64,000 nucleotides of DNA from Eledone cirrhosa. Its lineage: Eukaryota. A program made the position numbers and the translations under genes. Position 1 is the first letter of the stretch. The number at the start of each line of letters is the position of its first letter. The notes under the pieces were generated by a model. The model searched no databases, had not been told where the DNA came from, and worked only from the letters and a program-made list of their open reading frames with translations. Shown piece after piece: positions 37,879 to 51,957 of this stretch. The stretch lies in NCBI GenBank assembly GCA_964016885.1, contig OZ024743.1:105896001-105960000 (forward strand), written 5' to 3'.

Positions 37879-38834
37879 GCTGAGCTACCCGGTGATACCC
37901 AGTTATTTTATGAAAGTTACAATATATTTGGCACACGTTACAAGTTATCTGACCATTCAAATATGATTGCTGAATTTCAACCAAAGTAGGATTTATAGCC
38001 AAATATTTATAGTCGTTTGGTCAAAGTAAATCATCTAGACAAAAATATTATTTTTTTCCAGTGGTGATTTTTTGAATACTGCTCCCTATTACAGTCAGCA
38101 TATATAATGCTTTACTTATAGATGAATCACTAGGTATGTTGTCAGTGAAAAGGGCATGACCCAAAAAATACATTTAGATTCTTTTTAGTTATCCTTTTCT
38201 TTCTTTTTTTTTTTTGCTCAATCTGAACCTCTGAAATTCAAACAACATGTAAAGTTATTTTAAACACCATAAATAAAATAAAAAAATAAATTTAGCATTG
38301 GTTTATGATTGAATGAAGCATTTACTTACTCATTTCTGTAATTCGGGGAAAGTGTATTTAAATTTGTACACTGTAGCTTTCACCAATCTTTGCCTCTATG
38401 GCAGTAGGATCTTGATTGAGGGAAATTTGATTTCTATTTCTATTAGCTATACCAACAGGTATAGTGGCTCACATGACTTTCATAGACATATACACACACA
38501 CATCTATGTGTGTGTAAGACAGTTGTTTATGATTTGAAATGGATTTTGCTAATATTTCTAGTAGATCGAGTTATCACATAGAACCATTCCTTTTTGCTTC
38601 ATACATATATACATACCTGAGAAAGTAAGGTGTGATTTGAAGGAAATTTGGCTGCTATTTCTACCCAACAAAGTCCTCACTTATACTACTTTATATAGCA
38701 GAGGTACCCGGGAATACCTGCCTATTCTTCCAAAGTAACACCATGCAGTAAATTTCCGGCTTCAAAATTCCCTGCAAACTACATGACTAAGGAATCTGTG
38801 TGTATTGTCATTGAATGAGGAATTACGACATTGC

Positions 38835-41800
38835 TCATTCCAAAGCCTCTGGATAAACAACATTCTTGGTTTTGCCCTGTGGTGCCGCAATAAAGAGACA
38901 ATTAGCGTTCCCAACCCTTGTTGTGCCAACATAAAATTGACCATGCGAAAAGACAGGATCTGCCAGATTCAACCCAACGACTTTCAATGATTGCTCTTGA
39001 GATTTATTAATGGTCATGTCAAAACTGAGCCTGATCGGAATTTGAAGTCTTTGAAATTCAAATGGCAAATCAGTTGGGTTCAGAGGTAATCTGGGAATGA
39101 AATAATTGTCACCAGCAATTTTTCCTGACATGATTGCAACTTCTAGAACATTGGACATCATATATTTGATGATGAGTCCTGTGCCATTACTAAGTTTTGG
39201 GGGATCCAGATTGCGAAGTAGCATAACCGATGCTCCAAGCTTCAGTATCAGGTTGTGTGGAGGAATTCCCGCCTGTTCAAGACTGTTCAAAAATTCAGTT
39301 GGATAGTTCACAGCTTGGTCTTGAGAAGTGATTGTGTCAACTGATTTGTAGCATATTTTCTCTCCCGGTAACATCTCCAGCAGCCTTCAGTTGATTTCTT
39401 TCACAGCAACATTTTTAGGTGCTAAGATTGCTCGTTCACAGAGCCATTTCGGATCACATTGCCTGGTCTGAATGTTTCGAAACACACTGGCAATCAGCTC
39501 TTGTTTTGTGTCAAGGATATGGCCAAATGACAACTGAATATGGTCATTGGAGTCCTTTTCAAGAAGTCCATTTCCCAATTTAAATAGTTGGATGGCAAAC
39601 TCACTGACACCTTCGTCACCAGTTAAGTGCACTCGCATGTTGGTTGTAAGGCTCAACAGCTGAAAGCGGGGCCAGAGATAGGATGTTTTCAGACAGAGTT
39701 GACCTGATCAGCCCGAGTCCCTCGAAGAATTACAGGCAGAGTTTGTCTGAAATCACCAGCAAGAACCATTGTCACTCCTCCCATTATGCAACTATTTTCT
39801 CTCAGATCCCTTATCGTCCGGTCCAAAGCTTCAATTTCTCGTTTATGGCTTATAGTATCTTCATTCCAAATTATCATCTTGCATGTTTGCAGAAGCTTAC
39901 CCTTGGGTGAGTTCTTCTTGATGTTGCAAAAAGATTGTTCATGCCGTGTGAGATCTATGGGCAGCTTAAACATGGATTGTGCAGTTCTTCCTCCATCCAG
40001 AAGTGTTGCTGCAATGCCACTTGAGGCCACAACAAGGGCAATATGTAGCTTTTGGCGAACCTTTGCAAGCAGGAACTTTATGAGGAATGTCTTGCATGTG
40101 CCAGCAAGAGCATCGACGAAGAAAAGTCGTCCCCTCTAATTTTAAAAGTTTTCGATGATGTTGTGGTAGGCGTATTTCTGGTCATCCATCAATCGAGGTT
40201 CATTTTTATCCACAAACTTACGCAATGCTTGAATATCGTAGTTTTATCTCCTGAAAAATGTATTGCGCTACCTCCATTTCTTCATCTCACTCTGGCACTC
40301 CGCACTTAGCTAATGTGCTATTCATTGCCTGAACTCGATGGGACTGGTCACAGAGAGCTTGATTGTAAATCCTGGGGGTATATTCCATATACATATTTCC
40401 ATGATGTCTTCGGGCTAGGTGTAGATAGTCGTCCGACATATTGTTTTCGTACTCCTGCCAGAGTAGACGAGCTTCATCAATTCCACATGCTGTGAGCATA
40501 ATAGCAAATAATTGTCTTATTTGACTGGCTACTTGAGTGATGGCTGCTTCTTCTAGGCACTTCTTCCAGTGTCCATTGTCATGCAGGAGTCCATGCTGTT
40601 TACACGCTTCTTGGCATGTTGCGCATTCCCTTCCTCTGAAGCACCTAAGATCCTCAAATGACGTTGGTCCTCGAAAAGTATGCAGAGGTAGCCGTAAATA
40701 AAAACATTCTCTGTTGTTGGGATGGACATTGTAAACACCCCCATAGCATTACTTGACTTGACTTCATGACCTTCCACTAAATGACCCTGCTTTCTTCGAT
40801 TCCAGGTCTTTCAATTGGTCCAGGTGTAGTATGTTGGGATTCCAGGATATAGGAGGGATCGAGCAAATTCATCATTCTGGCAGAGTTTAAAGAAAGCAGT
40901 TAGTGTAGTGTCATGTGATGCTTGTTCCAACTGATGAGCAGTGATCTCCGTGAAGTACACTCTCAGTCAATTTTCCAGATGGACTGCTAGTTTGACCACT
41001 GTTGGGTGGCGTTGGTGGATATCAAATCCAAAGATTCGCCAGATAGCTTCATTGCTGGAGATGTATCGACCTGTTTGATACCGTTTGACCTCATCCAGCC
41101 CACCATCATTGAATTATTTTTCAGTAATAAAGGAAACCATGTCACTGCCCTTGTTGATATATTTTGTGATATATAGGATTGCCTTGACGGAGCTGCAATA
41201 CTCAACATATGATATGAGCTTTTAAAAGGTTTACACAACAATTTGTTGTTTGGGAGGACCTACTGATTGTTTATGGTCAGCTCCGCTCCTCGAACTGTTA
41301 GGCTTGCAGTATTGCCTCCATGTTCTGGTCTACGCCTACGATGAGGGGGTATCCATTATTGTCAGTCCGACTTTCCCGAATAAAAGCTCTAGGATAATGT
41401 TTGCTGCATTTTTTATCTTTCATGCAGGGAGAGGCTGGATTGATGACTCCACAAGGACCATGAATGAGTTTGGACTTGGGGTTTCAAAGAGCTCTGGAAC
41501 ACCACCTTTATCAGGCAACTTTGCTGAAATGATCTTATCAACATCATCTGGTCTTATCTTCTCCTTGCACCAGATTAGTGTGTGAGAGTGAGGAAGACCT
41601 CTCGTCTGCCACTCAATAGTGATCATCCAAGCACTAAACTCACCAAAGATTCTTCCTTCATTTAGGAGCCAGGTAAGTTTTTTTTGCTTTTAATGGGAAT
41701 CCCGAGCAATGACGTCATGTCTATTCTTTGGTTTTTGATTTTGAAATAATTTATTTGATATTTCTGACCAGTTTTAATTGCATGTAAATGTAATGAAGTG

Positions 41801-43125
41801 ATCTGGCAGGCCAAATTTTCTGACATAGGCCATTGCATGTAACGTGGTCCTCCCTTGAAGCTTGATGGTAGTATGACTGGCTGGCCAATATTTCTTGGGT
41901 CAACATCAGAATTGATGGCATCTCTAAGGTGGATGTAGTTATCTGCGCTCCACTTAGTTTGATTCCTTCGCAGAAAACCCAATCTTTCTGTTTCAATTTT
42001 GGCATACATATCCACCATAAACTGGCTGGTTACTTCTTTGAATCGCAAAATTTAGTTGGCCATACTGCCCTCAACGAGGTCATTAAGCATGGCTTGGACG
42101 CTGCAGGCTTCCCTTCCCAGCTCGAGCCGGTGGGGCTGGAGCGAGGGGACGGCAAAAGGCCAGATGGCATGACCATCTTTCCGTTCCGCGGTGGGAATGT
42201 CACTTGCACCGACACTTTCTGCAGCCGCAACCTGGTGCAGTCTGTAACTGACCCAGGTTCTGTTGCACGTCGGGCTGAGGGGGCCAAACTTCTCAAATAC
42301 CGGTCGCTCTCCGACAGGTTTGCGGTCGTTCCCCTGGCAGTGGAAACTTCTGGTGTTCTCGGTCTCAGGGCTACCTCCTTACTCACCACCATAGGCGCTG
42401 AGCTGGCCAGCCGCAGGTGTGAGCCCCGCGAGTTGGAGTGGTTTTTCCAGCGCGTCTCCCTTGCCGTCCTACGGGAAAACGCCTTCTCCATTCTGTCCGC
42501 CGGGACTGTGGGTGGGCCCCATCGCGTACCAATACATTAGTTAAATACCATTCTTTCATCTGATACAACACAATGAAGACAGTGTCATAATCTAATGTTT
42601 GCTTCCAGACATGAAATGTTAAGCATAGAATTCTTTGCAGCTGATTGATCGGCCAGTTTCTTGTCCCGTTCCTGGGCTGATCTGCCGTAGCTGAAAATGA
42701 TATCCATCTTGACCATTCCAAAGATTAGCGGATATTGGAGTGAATCATAGCCTCTATGAGTTTCACAAATTCGCTCCAATGTCCACTTCGTTTTTGCTAA
42801 ACAATCTCACGTCGTTCATGCTGTTCATCAAATATTATGATTGCAACTTCATCAGTGACAGGTGCATTGAATGTGCATCCATGTTCTGAAGCTGCGTGTT
42901 TGTCTGCCCTAATGATGATTTTACAATCTCCGGTGTTGCTCATATGCTCCAGTGCATATTTAAATACACTGATGTAGATGTGATGTTGGTTAAGCATTTC
43001 TTGTAACTTTATGACTATGTAGAACTGCAATCCACCATGGACGTTGGTACATCTTTGTTGTGCCTGTGTTTCATTTCCACCCATGAAGTAAACCTGCACA
43101 AATTTGTGAGGCTCCTGTGAAAGTG
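38835..43125 (-). pseudogene. Helitron Rep/PIF1-type helicase, heavily frameshifted
   Basis: YDSLQYPLIF, VDMYAKIETERL, ILPSSF.GGPRYM, IEWQTRGLPHSH (HUH motif), ASSGIAATLL.GGRTA, GDFRQTLPV, MTINKSQ.QSL, FSHGQFYV. Confidence 0.93.
42058..42536 (+). mobile_element. 3' fragment of a CRE-like non-LTR retrotransposon (restriction-like endonuclease) inserted in the Helitron
   Basis: GC-rich; H..LN..I...L..AG.PS.LEP.GL...DGKRPDG.T..P, AE..K..KY, P.AVET.G..G, FQRVSLAV.R.NA; TTAGTT duplicated at 42052-42057 and 42537-42542. Confidence 0.82.
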
Positions 43126-44319
43126 GCAGAAAATATTAGGATTTCAGATTGTATCAAAAATAAAACGACAAACACTACAAAAAAAATATTTTCTGTGTTA
43201 ATTCAAATAGCAGAGGAAAATAATATATTCAAATAATATCTTTTAAAAAATACCGTTTTTTTTTTGTCTGTTAAATACATACATATATACAACTTCTCTA
43301 AAAGCACTTGTGATTTCTTTTGACATATGTAGAAAATAAGCTTTGATGGTAACATATATCCTCTGCTAAAGAAGCTCTCCCCCCCATAACACACACATAC
43401 GTGTGTGTAAATATATATATAAACGCGGACACACGTTAGTTAAATAATCCCTCCAATCACCATCCCTCTCTCCTGCCTCTTTACTTTTTTTCTTTCTCCC
43501 CACTTTTCTCTTTTCTTAATGTCTTTCTCTCCCCATCCGCCTCACTCCCTTTCTCTTTCTCATCTCCTCTCTTTCTTTCTCTCATTCAACCTCTACAGAA
43601 TAGAAAACAAAAAATAAATAAATGATAAATAACATTGGGAGAGTTAAGAAGTGTGTAAAAATAATAAATAAATAAAAGTTAATGAACGCTGGCTACTTTC
43701 CCTCTCTCTCTCTCATCCCATTACTCTTTCTCTTTTTATTTCTCCCCCCCCCCTCTCTTTACAGAATAGAGAACAAAAAATAAAGAAAAGATAAATAACG
43801 TAAAGAAAGCGGGAGAGTTAAAAATGTGTTAAAATAATAAATAAATAAAAGTTAAGAACGCTGGTTACTTTCCCTCTCCCTCTTTCATCGTCTTTCTCTC
43901 TCATCCCCTTACTCTCTTTCTCTCACACATCTTCTTACTCTCAATCGCCCTTCTCTCACTCTCTCCCTCATCCCTTGCTCTCTTTATTTCTCTCTCACAT
44001 CCCCTTATTCTCTCTCTCCCACTCACTCTCTCTCTTTCTCTCTCATCCCTTACGCTCTCTCTTTCTCTCTCACATCCCTCTCTCTCTTATCTTCAGAATA
44101 GAGAAAAGAAAATGGATGATCTCTTTTGATATTCATTAGAAAATAAGATAAATTGAATTTAAATGAATTCCTTGCTTTGCAAAGTAAAACTTTGTCGACC
44201 GTTACCTGTCCGAGTGTATAGTGAATATGTACATGTAATTTTGAGGATTTTGGTCCGTTAGTTTGCTAGGTTTAGGCGGACACACAGAATCGTAAACTTG
44301 TATATATTTATATAGATAT

Positions 44320-44930
44320 ATGGAATAGAATGAAACGAAATTTTATTTCTCACTCATAGTACGGCACTTACTTAAATGGAAGTATGTATGTATGTTTACG
44401 TACATACATATATGTATACAGACGTTCAGTAGTATGTATATATATACATACATGCACACATATATATATGCACGTATCGGTTTACCGAACATTTATTATA
44501 ATGCTCGGTTTCTTTGTAAACAAACAAATTAATTCGTTTCATTCTATTCCATTTATCGTTTTCGGTGTGCCCGGCCGACTGAACTCACTCGATATGCAAA
44601 TTAGGCTGCTCATCTCCTAATGTGCATAAGGAAAGTATATACTTTCAGACGTTCAACCATCTGGCAGGAAGGTATACGATGCTGACGATAGCTAATAGGC
44701 TTGAAACTAGTACATCGTTCCTGTGTCAGTGTTGAACAAAAAGGTGACGTGGTTGCCTAAACACTGTACGGCGTAAATCGGGCTATTTGTTTGTTTACAA
44801 ATAAACAAACCGAGCATTATAATAAATGTTGACTAAACCGATACGTGCATATATATATATATATATGTGTGCATGTATGTATATATATACATGCTACTGT
44901 ACGTCTGTATACATATATCTATGTATGTAT
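44320..44930. mobile_element. non-coding inverted-repeat element (arms about 44400-44529 / 44785-44930) with an HHR in the spacer
   Basis: Arms are reverse complements; an extra 20-bp inverted pair lies at 44320-44339 / 44533-44552. Confidence 0.75.
44676..44718 (+). ncRNA. minimal type I hammerhead motif
   Basis: ACGAUG CUGACGA U AGC UAAUAG GCU U GAAAC UA GUA CAUCGU. Confidence 0.82.
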
Positions 44931-45579
44931 ACGGATATCTATATATAGATATAGATATCCGTATATCCCCATATGGACATCAACATAAGATATATATATA
45001 AGTTAAAGTTTAAATTAAAATTCTCTTAGAAATTTCTACTCTATAATTTCAATATTATTTATATTTTCTGTAGATTCCATTATCAAGAGAAAATGATCGC
45101 ATGGACTTGCATTTTCCATAATAACAATCGTAATGTGAAAAATTGTATTTATAAAGCAGGTGTAACATTTATATTTCAAACTGGAGGTAATTTAAACCAG
45201 CTACATTTTAAATGTATACACAAGAAAAGTATTCAATAAATAATTACGAATTATACAAGCATAGATTTTAATGTAATATGTGTTACGGAGAAATTTGAAA
45301 CAAAATATACAATCTTCGTTTAAAATTGTGGAATGTGGTTATTTTATTTAACTAAATACATAAATGAAGAGACAAATATCAACAACAAATATATAATAAA
45401 TCAACCAAGAAAATATAATATTGGAAAATATTATATTTTACTTTGAAAACATTTATATGAAGAGGTATAACAAAAAATACAAATATACATGCATATATAC
45501 TTTCATACTCACACTTACACACATTCGAACAAGCACGCACAAATATACATACATATATATACTCTATGTGTATATTCAT

Positions 45580-45686
<107 letters not shown>

Positions 45687-45737
45687 TATATATATATGTA
45701 TATATATATATAGTTATGTAATAAACAACATAGGATA

Positions 45738-45806
45738 ATTATTTCATTTACTAGAGGTTTCTTGAAAGCAAACGAAATTTGCTTTCAGTCATCAGAAGGA
45801 AAAAAA
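45738..45806 (-). ncRNA. hammerhead motif (core intact, stem I eroded)
   Basis: CUGAUGA C UGAAAGCAAA UUUCG UUUGCUUUCA A GAAAC CUCUA GUA AAUGAAAUAAU. Confidence 0.68.
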
Positions 45807-46064
45807 TCCTGGTGTATTTATTGACAGTGGATTTTAAAAACAAAAATATAATCTATATGAAAGTGAGGCTGGAAAAGAACGACGGAAAGGAAACAGAATA
45901 AATATAAAAGTAGATAAACACACATGTACACACACACACGCACAGACACACATATACATACACACATATATACACATATATATTTATATGCACACATATA
46001 TATATATATACATATACATACACACATATATACACATACACACACATATATATACATATACATG

Positions 46065-46113
<49 letters not shown>

Positions 46114-46156
46114 CCAGACATACACATACACACAAATACACAAGCACACACACATG

Positions 46157-46263
<107 letters not shown>

Positions 46264-46369
46264 ATTTCAGGTTATCAGTAATGTAGTGATAATATATCGT
46301 TACGTTAGAGATGAACAGCGTACGTGTAGGTTTGCTAAACGAGTATAAATTATATTCCGGAGAAAATGT

Positions 46370-47458
46370 AGAAAAGATGAATATAAAATGAAAGTGCTTT
46401 TTTTAAAAAGGAATTTATTAGTTATTGACATATGTTTCTGTAACAGACGGAATACCTATGTATCGCTGCTTGCGTAATCATATAATGTTAGTAAGTATTC
46501 GATAGCAAATGTATAATCAGTTGTCACTTCTTCAGAGATTTTTGGATAAATTGGATAAAATCAGAAAAATTGAAGTATTTATATTAGTAATAGAGGAAGA
46601 AGAGAGGGGATAGTATATGACAGATGGTAATTCAATTTACTGCTAAACAAGTATATAAAGGGTTTCTAGTGAGAATACCATGAGTAAATGGTTTATTTTA
46701 TCTAAATAAGAATTTTTGGGAGTGCCAATTTTAATCTATACTTGGCCAAATGGACAGTGGACAGGGCTGGTCATTTGGTGTAGTAGTATTAATTATAAAG
46801 TGTCAATTGGGGAAGGGGGAGATTTCGATTGCTACTGAATAACATCAATGCTAGTAGCCAGCTGGTATATGCATTAGGGAATTGAATTAAGAAATCAGAA
46901 ATCTCATTTTATCTATAGCAGTTTATATTAAATGGTAAATAATAGAAGAGTTGATAGAATTAAGACTAATAGAGAATGTTAATATCTATTTTGACAATCA
47001 AACGGAGATAGAGACAGGCGTTCAATCCTGGTAGTATTTATAATATGAAAATGTAGATTTTAAGCGATGGTTACAGTATAACGATCGCTCTATTCTGTTA
47101 TTTAATAAAATGTTTTGGGATTTCATAATACAAAATAATTCCATATTACATAATTTACAAAAGAAACCCTTTATATACTTGTTTAGCAGTAAATTGAATT
47201 ACCATCTGCCATATACTATCCCCTCTCTTCTTCCTCTATTACTAATATAAATACTTCAATTTTCCCGATTTTATCCAATTTATCCAAAATCTCTGAAGAA
47301 GTGACAACTGATTATACATTTGCTATCGAATACTTGCTAACATTATATGATTACGCAAGCAGCGTTACATAGGTATTCCGTCTGTTACAGAAATATATGT
47401 CAATACCTAATAAATTCCTTTTTAAAAAAAGCACTTTCATTTTATATTCATCTTTTCT
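46370..47458. mobile_element. non-coding inverted-repeat element, arms 46370-46667 / 47162-47458, with HHR-like cores
   Basis: About 297-bp arms; CUGAAGA A GUGACA..[90-nt region II in total]..UGUUAC A GAAAC/U AUAU GUC; stem I is poor. Confidence 0.8.
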
Positions 47459-47475
47459 CTCCCTCTCTCTCTCTC

Positions 47476-47527
<52 letters not shown>

Positions 47528-47725
47528 TACAATCTATATATATGCACACGTACATACACACACATACATACACACATATATACACGCATACATGCGCACA
47601 CACATATATAGATATATGTACACACGCCTACATACGCACACACACACGTGGTAAGCAATACACACATTTACACATACAGATACATACATATAAATATATA
47701 CATACATACACACATACATACACGT

Positions 47726-48413
<688 letters not shown>

Positions 48414-48462
48414 TCACTCTGTATGTAATTATGCATACAGATATATATAATTATATACACAC

Positions 48463-48563
<101 letters not shown>

Positions 48564-48793
48564 CACATATACACAACACACACATACACACAGAAATAAA
48601 TATCTATAAATAAAAAAGGTGGGTATGTAAAGGGTAAGGTAGAAAGTAGGGAAGAATAAGGAAAATAAATAACAGGAAAAAGTTTAAATATAAGGGGAGA
48701 TAAGGGAGAAAAAGAATATAAGAGTACAGAAAGTGAGTTCAGAGAGTAATAAAAATCGTAGTGGATGTAAAGCGTAGGGAACAGAGAAGAAGT

Positions 48794-49250
48794 TCAAGGT
48801 GGTTGAGTCATTGTAAGAATGCCAATCCAGTTACAGATCAGATATGATTTCAGGTGAGGACAACATCTGAAGATCTCTATCTTGGAGTTCAGGCAAGTGG
48901 AAGTGACTTTCAGTTTTGTAGAATCTCCAAATTTTTCAGTGGTACACAAAGAACAATTCTTTGTGCCCCTTTGGTATTCCCTCGAATGGTCTAAAATAGA
49001 CCAATCGATAGAGTACGGGATGTTTTTATCTTTGAATTCCCACACCTTATTTGCGAGAGCCGTTGCTGTTCTTTTATCAGAGTGTTTAAAAGAAGCGACA
49101 TGTGCATAACACCTGGTTTTGAACCTGTCCTGAGTCATGCCAACATATCGTTCACTCCTGGCTGGCTGGATGTTAATTAAAGATATCATTTTGGCCTAAT
49201 ATACAACGGATTTGGTATTACATTTGCCCTGTAATGGGCCTTCATCCGGC
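48794..49250 (-). pseudogene. PLE GIY-YIG endonuclease fragment
   Basis: PLQGKC..KSVVY, YVGMT..RFKTR..AH..SFKH...TALA..VW..K...YSIDW.I....Y..G...CSLC..EK...LN...E....CPH. Confidence 0.88.
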
Positions 49251-49303
49251 TTCCAGCCTCACTTTCATATAGATATTTTTGTTTTTAAAATCGACTATCA
49301 AGG

Positions 49304-49372
49304 ATTATTTCATTCCGATAACTGAAAGCAAATTTTGTTTGCTGTCAAGAAACCACTGGTAAATGAAATAAT
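49304..49372 (+). ncRNA. hammerhead motif (11-bp stem I, core decayed to CCGAUAA)
   Basis: AUUAUUUCAUU CCGAUAA ... GAAAC CACUG GUA AAUGAAAUAAU. Confidence 0.62.
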
Positions 49373-49463
49373 TATCTTATGTTGTTTATTACATAACTAT
49401 TAAGCTCTGTAACCTACCTAGTGCACTCTTTTTTTCTGGACCTTTCCGACGGAATTACTTATC

Positions 49464-49511
<48 letters not shown>

Positions 49512-49680
49512 CAAATGAATATATGAGGGATGAACACCGATACACGTATACATGTGTTCGAATTGCAAATGACCAAGTTAGCTAGGTTGAAAAATACTAA
49601 TTTAACATAATATAGTTTGACTGTCTCGATTTAAAATAATAAATCAATAAAAATAACAAACCTATATTGGCAATGGCCGT

Positions 49681-49760
49681 GATACCTGGACAAATTCTAA
49701 ATTTGTTTCGCAACAATTATTAAATGAAAGTTACTATTCCTGTGCACTTCTGCGGGTATC
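49681..49760 (-). ncRNA. hammerhead-like motif with core CAGAAGU
   Basis: GAUACCCG CAGAAGU GCA..UGC GAAAC AAAUU UAG AAUUU GUC CAGGUAUC. Confidence 0.6.
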
Positions 49761-50457
49761 CAGGAAAATTCGTATCTTTCACTTCAAAATACTTAAGAAG
49801 ACTGAGAAATATGTGTTGTTGAACGCACATGTGTCACAGCGCCTGACTCGTCTCATACTCGTGTCGCTAAAAATAGCAGCCGGGTTTATGAGACTAAAAT
49901 TAGCTCTACGTATGGAGCTCAGAATATCATATATTGAGTTATAAACTCGAAATAGTCTTTTACAATGAAATAGCTCAAAGTAGGGAATATTTCCGAGCCG
50001 TGTAATACAAATGAATATATGAGGGATGAAAACCGATACACGTATACATGTGTTCGAATTGCAAATGACCAAGTTAGCTAGGTTGAAAAATACTAATTTA
50101 ACATAATATGGTTTGCCTGTCTCGATTTAAAATAATAAATCAATAAAAATAACAAACCTATATTGGCAATGGCCGTGATACCTGGACAAATTCTAAATTT
50201 GTTTCGCAACAATATATTCATTTGTATTACACAGCTCGGAAATATTCCCTTCTTTGAGCTATTTAATTGTAAATGACTATTTCGAGTTTATAACTCAATA
50301 TATGATATTCTCGGCTAATTTTAATCCCATAAAACCGGCTGCTATTTTTAGCGGCACGAGTATGAGACAAGTTAGGCGCTGTGACACATGTGCGTTCAAC
50401 AACATATATTTCTCAGTCTTCTTAAGTATTTTGAAGTGAACGATACGAATTTTCCTG

Positions 50458-50537
50458 GATACCTGCAGAAGAGCACAGAAATAGTACATTTCACTTAATA
50501 ATTGTTGCGAAACAAATTTAGAATTTGTCCGGGTATC
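50458..50537 (+). ncRNA. hammerhead-like motif with core CAGAAGA and full stem III
   Basis: GAUACCUG CAGAAGA GCA..UGC GAAAC AAAUU UAG AAUUU GUC CGGGUAUC. Confidence 0.72.
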
Positions 50538-50782
50538 ACGGCCATTGCCAATATAGGTTTGTTATTTTTATTGGTTTATTATTTTAAATCGAGAGTCAAA
50601 CCATATTATGTTAAATTAGTATTTTTCAACCTAGCTAACTTGGTCATTTGCAATTCGAACACATGTGTACGTGTATCGGTGTTCATCCCTCATATATTCA
50701 CTTGTATTACACGGCTCGGAAATATACCGTTCCTTGAGCTATTTAATTGTAAAAGACTATTTCGAGTTTATAACTCAATATA

Positions 50783-50819
<37 letters not shown>

Positions 50820-50969
50820 TCCACACACGCACATTTATATATATGTGTGTGTATATATATATATATACACACATACACATATATATGTGTGTGTATATAT
50901 GTGTGTATATATATATACACATATATACACACACATATATATAAATGTGTATGTGTGTGTGTTTATATA

Positions 50970-51014
<45 letters not shown>

Positions 51015-51589
51015 AACCTGGTTTGGACTAAATAATTAACAATGTATTTTCTAACGAGAGAATTAAATCACTATCCTCTAAAACAAGTCCCTAGCTACTT
51101 CAGATTTTTTTAAAGCTTAATTGTAAATTAGCTCAGCTGACATCAATTACACGAAAATATTAAAAAAAATATTCATTAAAATCTAATTAAAAAATAAACA
51201 AACCTGGCTGCAAAAAGCACAATCTCTGTTTACAAATGCTTCGCTCTCAAAAATAATTAAGAAAATAAGAAAAGAGAGAGAAAAAAGAAACGAAATAAAA
51301 ATAGAAGAATATTATTGAAAGCGTAATGTAGTTTAATTGACTCTCTTCATTATATGTGTTCACATATAGATCCAAAATAGATTGAAGGTAAATAATGAGG
51401 AGTAATGGTGTTTATGAACATAATGTATGAGATGTTTATAGAGATGAAGATGAACATAATGATGTAGATGGTATTGTTGAAGGTAATGTTGCTAAACGAA
51501 GATGATGATGGTGAATAACATGTAGATGAAGATGTAGATGGTGAGAATGAGGATTTAGAAGAGGATGGTGGTGGAGGTCATCTTGATAA

Positions 51590-51957
51590 TAATGGTTTCT
51601 TATATAGGCATAAGGCCAGCAATTTTGTCGATTAATTCGACCCCAGTGCGTGAATGTTACTTTATTTTATCGACCCGTAAGGATGAAAGGTAAAATTAAC
51701 CTCGGTGGCTTTTTAACAATGCTGCAGAGCATGGCGTCCGACACTCTACCGATACTGCTAATCCATGTCGATAATAATTGTTTCTACTTTTGGCACATGG
51801 CGAGCAATTACACAGTGTATTACTGGTACTTTATTTTATCGACCTCGTAAGGATGAAAGGCAAAGTTAACCTCGGCGGGATTTGAACTCAGACAGTAAAG
51901 GGCCGTAACTCTTTGCTGTTAAGCATGGCGTCCCACCCACTACCGATACTGCCAATG
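51590..51957 (-). mobile_element. two tandem SINE copies
   Basis: Reverse complement of the 12957 family (ggatgaaaggcaaagttaacctcggcgggatttgaactc). Confidence 0.8.

Larger units (their letters stand above)
38695..44316 (-). mobile_element. decayed Helitron, probably full length
   Basis: RepHel remnants; putative 5' TC at 44316; 3' hairpin AGGTATTC-CC-GGGTACCT then ctgCTAT at 38695. Termini are less certain than the coding identity. Confidence 0.85.
49509..50787. mobile_element. retrozyme-like element: about 1.4 copies of a 496-bp unit (-) fused head-to-head to about 1.2 copies (480-bp period, +)
   Basis: Direct repeat 49509/50005; inversion at about 50212; direct repeat 50212/50692; (TA)n flanks; no ORF. 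Confidence 0.85.

Noticed and set aside
45025-45095. UUGAUAA...GAAAUUAUA GAG possible HHR (-)
   Set aside because: No convincing stem II in very AT-rich sequence.
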